Virus record (IMG/VR): IMGVR_UViG_3300029848_000009
Direction: 5' to 3' (one strand)
Length of the DNA: 56,146 nt
From: a virus
Of the stretch, positions 16,985 through 27,429 are shown piece after piece. The notes under the pieces are model-generated. The model was not told the origin of the DNA. It did no database searches and saw only the letters and a program-made list of their open reading frames with translations. A program made the translations under genes and the position numbers. Within the stretch, counting starts at the first letter, position 1, and every line of letters begins with the position of its first letter.

Positions 16985-17746
16985 ATGAACGAATTACAGA
17001 TTTTTAATAATGAAGAATTCGGAGAAGTCCGAATGGCAGAGATTAATGGAAAACCGTATTTTGTAGCAACAGATGTTGCAACCGCACTTGGTTATACGAA
17101 CCCACGCAAAGCGATTAGTGACCATTGCAAGGGGGTAACAAAACGTGACACCCCTACATCTAGTGGAGTGCAACAGATGTCATACATAAATGAGGGGGAT
17201 TTATACCGACTCATTATGAAATCAAAATTACCTAGCGCAGAGAAGTTTGAAAAATGGGTAATGGAAGAAGTCCTTCCGTCAATCCGTAAGAATGGCGGTT
17301 ACATAGCAGGGCAGGAAACCTTGTCTGATGAAGAGTTGCTTTCCAAGGCACTTATGGTGGCACAACGAAAGATTGACGAAAAGAACAACATCATTGCCAT
17401 GCAGGACTCACGAATCCAAGGAATGATACCTAAAGAGATTTTCGCTGATGCAGTATCAGCAAGCCATACATCAATCCTTATAGGAGATTTAGCAAAGCTG
17501 ATTTGCCAGAACGGTGTGCAGATAGGACAGAAGCGGTTGTTTGAGTGGTTGCGAGAGAATAACTTCCTTATTAAAAGCGGTACTTCTAGGAATATGCCAA
17601 AACAGAGATATGTGGAACAGGGATTGTTTGAGGTTAAGGAAAGCAACATTCAGAATCCGGACGGTTCCGTAAGAATCACAAAGACAACGAAAGTTACCGG
17701 AAAAGGACAAGTTTACTTTGTAAACAAATTCCTGAAAGGAGCATGA
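16985..17746 (+). CDS. Antirepressor (Bro-N domain + KilAC/ANT C-terminal domain)
   Basis: IFNNEEFGEVRMAEINGKPYFVATDVATALGY...FEKWVMEEVLPSIRKNGGY is Bro-N. ILIGDLAKLICQNGVQIGQKRLFEWLRENNFLIK is KilAC-like. Confidence 0.8.
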   Translation: MNELQIFNNEEFGEVRMAEINGKPYFVATDVATALGYTNPRKAISDHCKGVTKRDTPTSSGVQQMSYINEGDLYRLIMKSKLPSAEKFEKWVMEEVLPSIRKNGGYIAGQETLSDEELLSKALMVAQRKIDEKNNIIAMQDSRIQGMIPKEIFADAVSASHTSILIGDLAKLICQNGVQIGQKRLFEWLRENNFLIKSGTSRNMPKQRYVEQGLFEVKESNIQNPDGSVRITKTTKVTGKGQVYFVNKFLKGA

Positions 17747-17977
17747 ATGAAAAAAGTAATCCAATTCATCATAGGTGCGGTTGCAATGGAATATTCCTTG
17801 GTTGCCGCGTGCTATATGGATAGTGAGGGAACGGTCGGGAACATTGCGGCTATTAAATTTGTAGTCGGGGCAGTAATTGCGGCAACCATGTATTACTGGT
17901 CGGAAGTAGACCGGAAGAGAGCTGAACTCGACAAGCGAATTAAGAGAAAACGCAGAATGAGAGAGGATGCATGGTAG
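17747..17977 (+). CDS. Small membrane protein
   Basis: Two hydrophobic segments (VIQFIIGAVAMEYSLVAA, FVVGAVIAATMYYW) followed by a basic tail. Confidence 0.5.
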   Translation: MKKVIQFIIGAVAMEYSLVAACYMDSEGTVGNIAAIKFVVGAVIAATMYYWSEVDRKRAELDKRIKRKRRMREDAW

Positions 17978-18118
17978 GCGTTGTGTATATAAGTGGCACG
18001 AGATGTTCCACGAAAGAAAAGCGTATGCTTGCTGAACTTTTGGCAGGGAAACGAAAGAAACAGAATGATAAAGAGAACTTTGAAAAGGTTCTTGACAGAG
18101 AAATGGAAAGGAGAAGCA

Positions 18119-18703
18119 ATGGAGAACAAAATAACACTGATCGGTGATGTTGTATCAGCACCAAGGGAAAGCCATAAATCAAGCGGTAAGATTTTTTATA
18201 AATTTTTCATCGGAGTCGAAAGAAGAAGCGGTGTTGCAGATATTCTTCCGGTACTGTTTGATGAAAAGGTCAGTGATGCAGGGATTAGCGGAACGGTATG
18301 TGTCAGTGGGAAGATAATTACTAGACTCGTGAGAACAGGATCCGGAGAAGCCATTCTTATGTATGTTATGGCGGATACAATCACAAAGCCAGAGGATGAT
18401 AGTCCTTTGAATGAAGTAAGTCTTGAGGGCATTATCGAGGAAAAGAAGCTTAGAGAAACACCGCTTGGTCGTAAAATCTGTGATGTGAAACTCAAAAACG
18501 TAAGAGAAAACGGAAAAGAGGATTTGATCACTTGTATCGCATGGGGAAAGGGTGCAGAGTATACGGACTCACTTGCTTTAGGAGATAGGGTAAGCACATA
18601 CGGAAGATTACAGAGCCGGAGATATAAGAAAACGTGTAAAGATGGTCGCGTTGTGGAAAAAGTTACATATGAGTTATCAATAAAAGGAATCGTGGGGGTG
18701 TAG
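18119..18703 (+). CDS. OB-fold ssDNA-binding-like protein (two OB-like halves)
   Basis: ATG 18119 after GGAAAGGAGAAG. NKITLIGDVVSAP... and ...VSLEGIIEEKKLRETPLGRKICDVKL...GDRVSTYGRLQSRRY resemble SSB/PriB-type OB folds. Confidence 0.45.
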   Translation: MENKITLIGDVVSAPRESHKSSGKIFYKFFIGVERRSGVADILPVLFDEKVSDAGISGTVCVSGKIITRLVRTGSGEAILMYVMADTITKPEDDSPLNEVSLEGIIEEKKLRETPLGRKICDVKLKNVRENGKEDLITCIAWGKGAEYTDSLALGDRVSTYGRLQSRRYKKTCKDGRVVEKVTYELSIKGIVGV

Positions 18704-18707
18704 AATA

Positions 18708-20744
18708 ATGCGAATGATTTTGAAATCGTTACATATGGAGAATTTCAAAGGTATTAAGAGCCTTGATGTGAATTTCTCTAATAAGACAAGTATTAAAGGA
18801 CAGAACGCCGCAGGAAAGACAACCATATTCGATGCGTTCACATGGCTTCTGTTTAACAAGAACAGTGCCGGAGAGGAAAAGTTCAATGTCAGACCGTTGG
18901 ATAAGGACGGAAACCGCATTGATAACGTGGAAATCAAGGTGTCTTCCATTCTGGATGTAGATGGAAAGGAAGTTGAACTTTCCAAGACACAGAAACAGAA
19001 CTGGGTTAAGAAGCGTGGAACCGATACGGCAGTATTGCAGGGGAATGTTAATTCGTTTGAGATTGACGGATATCCGAAGAGTGAAGCTGATTTCAAAGCC
19101 TATGTTTCAAATCTGGCACAGAGCGAGGATATGTTTAAGATGCTGACCAATCCGCAGTATTTTTCTTCTCTGAAATGGAAAGATCAGCGCGATATTCTGA
19201 TGCGCCTTGCAACGGATGTATCGGATGTTGAACTGGCGCAGACAGATGCTAAGTATGCCCCATTACTCGGCGAGTTGGAGAAAGCACCGTCAACGGATGA
19301 TATTCGTGCCAAGTTTTCCAAGGCTTTGAGCGAGTGGAAGAAGAAACAGGCTGAAATTCCGGTACGTATTGATGAAGCAGAAAAATCCAAGATTGATGTG
19401 GATGTGGCAGAACAGGAGCTTGCAAAGACTGATCTGACAAGAAGAATCGCTGAATGTGATAAGAAGATTGAGAATGCCGGTAGCGCATTGGGCGATTTAA
19501 GAAGTAAGGAAATGCAGTTACAGTTTGACATGTCTGGCATGGAACAGACGATGAATCGCGAGTTATCAAACAAAAGAAGCATCATGGATGCTGAATTGCG
19601 TGATTGTAAAAATGAGTTAGAACATTTTGCGGTTACGATTTCTTTGAAAGAGAAACAGATTTCTGATAACGAAAAAACTATCACTGATGCGGATGCAGAG
19701 CGGAAGAAACTGGGCGAGCAGTACAATGCCGAGAAAGCCAAGGCGTTTGATGAAACACCATATCTGTTTGATGAATCCAAGTGGGTATTTGACGAATCTA
19801 CAACGATTTGTTCCTTATGTGGTCAGAAGTTACCGGCTGATAAGATTGAGCAGTTAAAGGCTGATTTTGAAGAAAGAAAGACAAAAGCCAAGGCAGATGC
19901 AAAGCGGAAACTAAATGATTCAAAAAGTGACTTTATTACCCAGAAAGAATCCAACTTGGAAGAAATCAAGGCATATGGGTTTGCGAAGAAAAATCTTATC
20001 GAGGAACTGACAAAGAAAAATGCTGATCTGCAAATGGAAATAGATTCCTTAAAGAAACAGGAGCAGGGGACTTTTACGAATAAAGAGGAACTTTGCAAAC
20101 TGTTATCTGAGATACCAGAAGAAGCTGATTATTCGCAGAATGAAGAATATGTGAAGCTGAAAGCAGAGCATGACAAGATTCTTGCTGATATTGCAAAGCT
20201 TGAATCCGAGGGCGCAGACAAGGTTGTTACTGATTTGAAAGCCGAGAAAACCAATCTGCAGGCACAGCTTGATGAAGTGAACAAGGTTATTGCGCAGGCG
20301 GCTAACAACATTATGATTGATGATCGTATCGAAACGCTTCGCGACGAGCAGAAAGAAATCGGGCAGAAAGTTGCCGACCAGGAACAGATGCTTTACCTCT
20401 TAGAAGAGTTCATTCGTTTCAAACTGGATAAGGTTTCTGAATCTATCAATAGCCATTTCAAGACAGTTAATTTCAAACTCTTCGAAATGCAATTAAATGG
20501 CGGTATGAAAGATTGTTGCGAGTGTACTGTGAATGGCGTTCCGTATTCGACTTTGAATAGTGGTCACAGAATCGTAGCAGGACTTGATATTATCCGTTCT
20601 CTTAGCGAGTTATACGGCGTAAGCGTGCCTATTTTTGTTGATAACGCAGAATCGCTGAATGAGTTCAATGTGCCGGATATGGATGCACAGTTAATTCTTT
20701 TGAGCGTAACAGAGGACAAGCAGCTGAAAGTTGAGGGTGTGTAG
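18708..20744 (+). CDS. SMC/RecF/Rad50-like AAA ATPase with long coiled coil
   Basis: Walker A is GQNAAGKTT within LHMENFKGIKSLDVNF...TIFDAFTWLL. Long central coiled coil. C-terminal PIFVDNAESL is Walker-B-like. Confidence 0.75.
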   Translation: MRMILKSLHMENFKGIKSLDVNFSNKTSIKGQNAAGKTTIFDAFTWLLFNKNSAGEEKFNVRPLDKDGNRIDNVEIKVSSILDVDGKEVELSKTQKQNWVKKRGTDTAVLQGNVNSFEIDGYPKSEADFKAYVSNLAQSEDMFKMLTNPQYFSSLKWKDQRDILMRLATDVSDVELAQTDAKYAPLLGELEKAPSTDDIRAKFSKALSEWKKKQAEIPVRIDEAEKSKIDVDVAEQELAKTDLTRRIAECDKKIENAGSALGDLRSKEMQLQFDMSGMEQTMNRELSNKRSIMDAELRDCKNELEHFAVTISLKEKQISDNEKTITDADAERKKLGEQYNAEKAKAFDETPYLFDESKWVFDESTTICSLCGQKLPADKIEQLKADFEERKTKAKADAKRKLNDSKSDFITQKESNLEEIKAYGFAKKNLIEELTKKNADLQMEIDSLKKQEQGTFTNKEELCKLLSEIPEEADYSQNEEYVKLKAEHDKILADIAKLESEGADKVVTDLKAEKTNLQAQLDEVNKVIAQAANNIMIDDRIETLRDEQKEIGQKVADQEQMLYLLEEFIRFKLDKVSESINSHFKTVNFKLFEMQLNGGMKDCCECTVNGVPYSTLNSGHRIVAGLDIIRSLSELYGVSVPIFVDNAESLNEFNVPDMDAQLILLSVTEDKQLKVEGV

Positions 20745-20745
20745 A

Positions 20746-20919
20746 ATGTCAAGAGTAGGGACAAGCAACAACATCACACAGCCGGATGCACGGTGTATGT
20801 CGTGCAAGCGTTGGAAGAGTGCAAGTAAGGGGTTCTGGGAAAGAGCCGGACATTGTTCTCTTCCGTATTGCGAGAAAGATATGAGAAATAAAGGAAAGAG
20901 AGGTCGTGTACATGGATGA
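20746..20919 (+). CDS. Small Cys-containing hypothetical protein
   Basis: ATG 20746 after GAGGGTG, same frame as track ORF 20731-20919. Confidence 0.4.
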   Translation: MSRVGTSNNITQPDARCMSCKRWKSASKGFWERAGHCSLPYCEKDMRNKGKRGRVHG

Positions 20920-21088
20920 TATTGAAAAATTGAAGGCTGAAAACTCGGATTTGCGAACAAAGGTAGATGAACTTATGAGTAATAAATATTGCCTTGAAGA
21001 AAAACTTAGAAAAGTCTCAGGAACAAACGAAAGACTTTTGCGTATTCTTGAAAATTTGTCAAATGGATATGTGAAAAAGGATGGTTAA
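20912..21088 (+). CDS. Small coiled-coil protein
   Basis: MDDIEKLKAENSDLRTKVDELMSNKY... shows a heptad pattern. Confidence 0.45.
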   Translation: MDDIEKLKAENSDLRTKVDELMSNKYCLEEKLRKVSGTNERLLRILENLSNGYVKKDG

Positions 21089-21297
21089 TGATGCATTATA
21101 TCAAAGCAAAGTTTCCAAACAGCACCAGAAGTTATACATACCGCACCGAGGATTCCGTAAAAGCCGGTGACACGGTTGTAAATGCCAAAGGTGCAAAGCT
21201 GACGGTCACGGATGAAACCGTGGATATGAAGTGGGTGGAAACCTATGGTGCTGATAAGGTGGCAGTTGTGAAGAAGTATGAAGAAAGCGAGGAATAG
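21088..21297 (+). CDS. Hypothetical protein
   Basis: 69-aa ORF, ATGATG start overlapping the previous stop. Confidence 0.5.
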   Translation: MMHYIKAKFPNSTRSYTYRTEDSVKAGDTVVNAKGAKLTVTDETVDMKWVETYGADKVAVVKKYEESEE

Positions 21298-21299
21298 AT

Positions 21300-21455
21300 A
21301 TGGTTATCAAAACAAAGAGATTTTATGTAAATCTTAAGTCATGCAAGGTTGAACTTAAGAAAGAGGGTGCTGATTACCTTGTGGTAGTTGACGGCAATGT
21401 GTACGCAAAGACTCCAAACGAGTTGTATGCGGTGCAGAAATTTAACGAGATTTAA
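21300..21455 (+). CDS. Small hypothetical protein (51 aa, below track cutoff)
   Basis: MVIKTKRFYVNLKSCKVELKKEGADYLVVVDGNVYAKTPNELYAVQKFNEI. Fills an otherwise empty gap. Confidence 0.4.
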   Translation: MVIKTKRFYVNLKSCKVELKKEGADYLVVVDGNVYAKTPNELYAVQKFNEI

Positions 21456-21472
21456 GAAAGCGAGGAATAGAA

Positions 21473-21715
21473 ATGATTAAATCAGATTTAGGAACAATAG
21501 AAGTAGACGGAAGAGAGCCGGTTATCATGGCTGAATTTATAACTCTTTTAGTAGCATTAAGGAATGCTCTCGGAGAGGAGAAATACAACCGTGCTTTGCA
21601 GAGAGCAAATGATAGTGTGGAGTCCAAGAAAGACACAGAAACATTGAAAAATGAAGAAAAAGAACGCATGGCAGAAGTTATCAAAGCTATTTTAAGCGGA
21701 ATGGAGGAAAAATAA
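21473..21715 (+). CDS. Hypothetical protein
   Basis: 80-aa ORF after GAGGAATAGAA. Confidence 0.5.
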   Translation: MIKSDLGTIEVDGREPVIMAEFITLLVALRNALGEEKYNRALQRANDSVESKKDTETLKNEEKERMAEVIKAILSGMEEK

Positions 21716-21717
21716 TT

Positions 21718-22503
21718 ATGGCAGAGAACACAGAATTAGTAAAGGCAGAAGAAAAGACAGAGGTTGCAACACACAATAACAAGGTTACCGATTACAGCCT
21801 TGGAATTTTCGGAACATCCGACAATTTCATCATGGCTATGCAGATGGCAAAAGCGTTAGCCGAGTCAACAATAGTTCCGCAGACGTATCAGAAAAATCCA
21901 TCTAACTGTTTGATCGCCATTGAGCAGGCGCAGAGAATGCACATCAGCCCACTTATGGTTATGCAGAACCTTTTTCTGATACAGGGCAAGCCAAGCTGGA
22001 GCAGTAAGTTTTTGATCGCGTCTATCAATGCCAGCAACAAATTCGACATGGAGTTGCAGTACGACGAAACCAAGGACAAGAACGGAAAACCTTATTCTTG
22101 CACTGCGTGGACTATGAAAAATGGTCGAAGAATTGAGGGCATGGAAGTTAATATGCAGATGGCAGATGATGAAGGTTGGACGAAGAAGAACGGTAGCAAG
22201 TGGAAAACAATGCCGCAGTTAATGCTTCGTTACAGAGCGGCATCATTCTTCTCTAGTCTGAATTGCCCTGAACTAACAATGGGACTTTATACCAAGGAAG
22301 AAATCGAGGATGGCGATTTCAAGGAATATCCGATGGAAGATTTACAGAAACAGGTCAAGCGTGATATTACGGAGAACGCCAACAGTGAGCCATTTGTTAC
22401 GGCGGAACCTTGTTCAACCGAAAGTGCAGCAGTCGAGCCAGAGAAAGTAGCCGGAGAAGTTGCTGAGAATGACGAGAATGTACCGGACTTTATGAAAGAT
22501 TAG
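21718..22503 (+). CDS. Single-strand annealing recombinase (RecT/Redbeta superfamily)
   Basis: KWKTMPQLMLRYRAASFFSSLNCPELTMGLYTKEE parallels the Redbeta PWQSHPKRMLRHKAMIQCARLAFGFAGIYDKDE region. Acidic C-terminal tail. Confidence 0.6.
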   Translation: MAENTELVKAEEKTEVATHNNKVTDYSLGIFGTSDNFIMAMQMAKALAESTIVPQTYQKNPSNCLIAIEQAQRMHISPLMVMQNLFLIQGKPSWSSKFLIASINASNKFDMELQYDETKDKNGKPYSCTAWTMKNGRRIEGMEVNMQMADDEGWTKKNGSKWKTMPQLMLRYRAASFFSSLNCPELTMGLYTKEEIEDGDFKEYPMEDLQKQVKRDITENANSEPFVTAEPCSTESAAVEPEKVAGEVAENDENVPDFMKD

Positions 22504-22513
22504 GAGGTTTTCT

Positions 22514-22876
22514 ATGAGAGTTATATCGCAGGACGGGACGATTGATATGCCATATGAAATCAGTTCTTTGAGCATGGCATATGAGAATGTTGAACACGCA
22601 GCTATCTTTTGCCACAACTCTTCGACAGCAATGGGAACAAAAATGGCTGAATACAGTTCCAAAGAAAAGGCGAAGAAAGCCATGGAAATGCTTAGAGTTG
22701 CGTATGCTGGCAAGTTTATCACAAATGCGGATATTCCAGATGATTTCAATGAAACGCTAAAGGCTGCTATGAAAGGCGGCTTTGGAACTGTGGTAGTTAA
22801 GGATACTTGCGAACGTGTGGAATTTAACAATCTGAATGGATATTTCCACTTTCCGGCAGAGGAAGAATTGGAGTAG
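22514..22876 (+). CDS. Hypothetical protein
   Basis: 120-aa ORF after AGGAGG. Confidence 0.5.
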   Translation: MRVISQDGTIDMPYEISSLSMAYENVEHAAIFCHNSSTAMGTKMAEYSSKEKAKKAMEMLRVAYAGKFITNADIPDDFNETLKAAMKGGFGTVVVKDTCERVEFNNLNGYFHFPAEEELE

Positions 22877-22879
22877 GGT

Positions 22880-24188
<1,309 letters not shown>

Positions 24189-24207
24189 GGAAAGTGAGGT
24201 GGTTTAA

Positions 24208-24950
24208 ATGCTTATGCGTTGTTGCGGTTCATCATCGGCAGGCAACAGTTACGCTTTAATCAGCAACAGTGGCGAGATTCTTGCAATCGAAGCAGGATGC
24301 AAATTTCTTGATTTTAAGAAGATGATTGATTGGCGTATTTCTGATGTCGCAGGATGTATCGTCTCACATGAGCATGGTTAGGAGACCATGCACGATACAT
24401 AAAAGATTTCATGAAATCCGGCATTCCGGTTTATACGGCGTTTGAAACACAGACAGCACTTGAAACCATAACCGGAGAACGTACAATAGCCATTCCACCG
24501 CGCAGAACACGGCAAATTGGCAGTTTTACGGTTACTCCCTTTAATGTACCGCATGATACAGAAATCGAGTGTTATGGCTATTTAATCGAGCATGAGGAAA
24601 TGGGTAAACTGTTATTCTTGACCGACTTGGAATATTGCAAGTATGACTTTTCCGGTATGAAGGTTGAGCATATCATGGTTGAAGCCAATTACAGCATGGA
24701 CTTGGTAGACAGGAATGAGCCAAATTACGAACACCGTTTGCGAGGTCATATGAGCCTTGATACGGCACTTAAATTTATTCAGACGAACGACAACCCAGCT
24801 TTACGAAATGTCGTTTTAATACACTTATCGGACACAAGCGGAAATCCCGCGTTATTCCTACAACAAACGAAAGAAACAATTAAATATGGAGCAAATGTTT
24901 ATGTTGCAGAAAAAGGGCTAGAGGTTGATATGAACCTTTGTCCGTTTTGA
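24208..24950 (+). pseudogene. MBL-fold metallo-hydrolase interrupted by 5 nt (tagga) inside the HxHxDH motif; frames 24208-24381 and 24384-24950
   Basis: The upstream frame ends ...CIVSHEHG-TAG. The downstream frame begins DHARYIKDFMKSGIPVY. Joined, they read SHEHGDH. Confidence 0.75.
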
Positions 24951-24961
24951 AAGGAGAAAGC

Positions 24962-25534
24962 ATGGAGAAATTCTATATCGTATCCAATGAGCGGTTTTTG
25001 AAAGAGATTAGAGATTTCAAAAAGCACTCAGAGGAAAGGCGGAAAGTAATAAATGAGTTCTTTGACAAGAAAGGGATTGCCGGCGAATGCTATCAAATTT
25101 GCGGTGATGGCGCGATCAATGAACCTTTTAAAGATTTTCAAAAGGGCGAGATTCGATTATATATCGAGTCTTGCGAGGAAAACAATCAGAAATTCGGAAG
25201 GGAATTATTAAAGCCTGTCAAGCTGTTTTGCGATTCGGATGTGATGATGCGGAAGTTTAGAGCGAATAGTAAGACACTAAAAGAGTTCCAGAACTTATGC
25301 ATCGAGAGAAACATTGTAATCAATAATGATCCGATTAGAGAGGGAGATTATTTCAGAGAATTGCATATGGGCGGTTACTCGGTTTCGAGATTCGAATACA
25401 ACGGAAAAATGTATTTGAGAATGTATACATCAAGATATGATGACATTACACCGGAACAAGAGGGATTCAACGAAATCAAAGGCAGTGAGTATTTTAAATC
25501 ACTTGAAGAGTTAAAAGAACAAACATTAGGTTGA
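24962..25534 (+). CDS. Hypothetical protein
   Basis: ATG 24962 after AAAGGAGAAAG, same frame as track ORF 24938-25534. Confidence 0.5.
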   Translation: MEKFYIVSNERFLKEIRDFKKHSEERRKVINEFFDKKGIAGECYQICGDGAINEPFKDFQKGEIRLYIESCEENNQKFGRELLKPVKLFCDSDVMMRKFRANSKTLKEFQNLCIERNIVINNDPIREGDYFRELHMGGYSVSRFEYNGKMYLRMYTSRYDDITPEQEGFNEIKGSEYFKSLEELKEQTLG

Positions 25535-25659
25535 AACACCTTGGCGAAAGCCTAAAAGAAACTATCTTGTTTGGCGAATAGTTATCACAAACCTTATTGA
25601 AAGCCATGTTTTGGCGGTGCGTTTACCGTACCGCCCTTACAAAAGATTGGAGGTAAAAA

Positions 25660-26007
25660 TTGAAATTATGTGAATACTGTATGGTTGAATTTGAGCCGAA
25701 GCGACCAGATCAAAAATACTGTAGACCAAAATGTGCCAAAAGATACGCACAGTTTAAGAATTTTAAAAAGGCTGGAAGAATTGTGTATACAAGAATATGC
25801 CCGAAATGTGGCAGGCTGTTTATGACGATAGATGAACGAAAAGTTGATTGCCAAGACTGCATCGGCAATGAAGTTAAAGAACGCTTGAGAAAGCCAAAGA
25901 AAAAGGACGATGCAATCAAGGCTGTGAATCATATGGCGTGCGCTTCTGGTATGAGCTACGGAAAGTTTGTGGCTCAAATGAGCATGAAGCCATTGGAGAG
26001 GAAGTGA
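25660..26007 (+). CDS. Zinc-ribbon protein
   Basis: TTG start after GGAGGTAAAAAT. CEYC...CRPKC and CPKCG...CQDC pairs. Confidence 0.55.
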   Translation: MKLCEYCMVEFEPKRPDQKYCRPKCAKRYAQFKNFKKAGRIVYTRICPKCGRLFMTIDERKVDCQDCIGNEVKERLRKPKKKDDAIKAVNHMACASGMSYGKFVAQMSMKPLERK

Positions 26008-26621
26008 TTGGGGTGGATTATAAGAAATTTAGACAGGCAAAAGCCATCGAAGCCAAAAATAAACAGAAGTGGCTTGCGTTGAATCCGAAACTGAATGATG
26101 AAAGCGGAATATACTTCTTACTTCGTGAGGATGAAAATGGTTTCCGGTATGCGTATATCGGGCAGGCACTGCATATAATCAGCAGATTGTGTAGCCACCT
26201 TACAGGCTATGAACAACACATAGACCTTAGTTTGCGGAAGCATAAGTTGTACAACGAGAGCGACAATCCTTATGGTTGGCGAGTTGAATTTCTGAATTTC
26301 TCAGAGAGCCAGCTTGATAAAAAGGAGAAATATTACATCAAGTTATATGCAGATAAAGGCTATCAATTGCGTAATGTCAGTTTGGGCGGTCAAGGAGAAA
26401 ATCGCGCAAGTGGTTCAATCGGAGAAAGAAAAGTGGTCAAAGGTTATATGCGGGGCGTACAACAAGGCAAAAAGACTCTTGCCAAGGAATTATCGCATAT
26501 CGCTGAAAAGCACCTCGAAATCCGCTTAAAGCCGGAGAAACAGGGTAACAAAGTTTCTGAAAAGCAGTATGAGAAATTTATGGCTTTGATTTCTGAAAAT
26601 ACATATGAGGAGAGTGATTGA
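26004..26621 (+). CDS. GIY-YIG nuclease domain protein (free-standing homing-endonuclease-like)
   Basis: GIYFLLREDENGFRYAYIGQA...R...H...EKYYIKLY...LRN matches GIY-YIG spacing. Start is GTG 26004 or 26013 after GGAGAGG; track ATG 25938 is unlikely. Confidence 0.65.
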   Translation: MIGVDYKKFRQAKAIEAKNKQKWLALNPKLNDESGIYFLLREDENGFRYAYIGQALHIISRLCSHLTGYEQHIDLSLRKHKLYNESDNPYGWRVEFLNFSESQLDKKEKYYIKLYADKGYQLRNVSLGGQGENRASGSIGERKVVKGYMRGVQQGKKTLAKELSHIAEKHLEIRLKPEKQGNKVSEKQYEKFMALISENTYEESD

Positions 26622-26625
26622 TTAA

Positions 26626-27429
26626 ATGGCAGAAGTCAAGTGGATTAAAATCACAACAGATGTCTTTGATGATGAAAAGATTCTGCTGATTGAGAGTATG
26701 CCGAGTGCGGATAGCATCATTACGATTTGGTTCAAACTTCTTATTCTTGCTGGGAAACAGAATAACAACGGTGTGTTCATGATGAGCAACAAGTTGCCGT
26801 TCACGGATGAAATGCTTGCCACCATTTTCCGCAGAGATTTGAACACGGTAAGGCTTGCGCTTAAGACCTTTGAAGAATTTGGAATGATTGAAGTTGTTGA
26901 CAATGTGATAACGATTCCGAATTGGAATAAGCATCAAACACTTGACGCTTATGAGAAGAAAAAGGAACGTGACAGGCTATATCAGCAGAACCGAAGAAAG
27001 AAGCAGAAGAACCTAATTGAGCAAAAATCGCCCGATAAATCGTCTAACGTCGTTGTTTCAGATAAAGAAGAAGAAAAAGAAGAAGATAAAGAGAAAGAAA
27101 ATATAAAAGAAAATTCGCTGTCGACCGATTCCGGAGATTTGTTTGATTTTGACGATGCATGGAAAAAGACTTTTAGCATATACCCCAAGAAAACAGCGTA
27201 CACTGCCTCTAAAACAGCTTGGATGGATAAAGTGCTAGAAGTTATCGAAGAGAACCAACCGGACATTGCACGGCTGTTATACAAAGCAACAGAAGCATAT
27301 TTGAGTGACTATCAAGAAAAGAATCCGGACGATACGGATTTTCGGTACATTCCAAAATATGTTGATTGGCTGAAAAATGATTGCGACTATTGGTTGCAGA
27401 TTGCAGAGAAACGAGGTGATGACAGTTGA
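26626..27429 (+). CDS. Phage replisome organizer / DnaD-like replication initiation protein
   Basis: MAEVKWIKITTDVFDDEKILLIESMPSADSIITIWFKLLILAGK...ITIPNWNKHQ is the replisome-organizer N-terminal pattern. Lies upstream of DnaB. Confidence 0.7.
   Translation: MAEVKWIKITTDVFDDEKILLIESMPSADSIITIWFKLLILAGKQNNNGVFMMSNKLPFTDEMLATIFRRDLNTVRLALKTFEEFGMIEVVDNVITIPNWNKHQTLDAYEKKKERDRLYQQNRRKKQKNLIEQKSPDKSSNVVVSDKEEEKEEDKEKENIKENSLSTDSGDLFDFDDAWKKTFSIYPKKTAYTASKTAWMDKVLEVIEENQPDIARLLYKATEAYLSDYQEKNPDDTDFRYIPKYVDWLKNDCDYWLQIAEKRGDDS

Noticed and set aside
24379-24381. TAG reassignment or read-through as the explanation for the interrupted MBL-fold gene
   Set aside because: The downstream part is in a different frame, so read-through cannot join the halves. 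All other long genes terminate normally, and none of the phage tRNAs has a suppressor anticodon.
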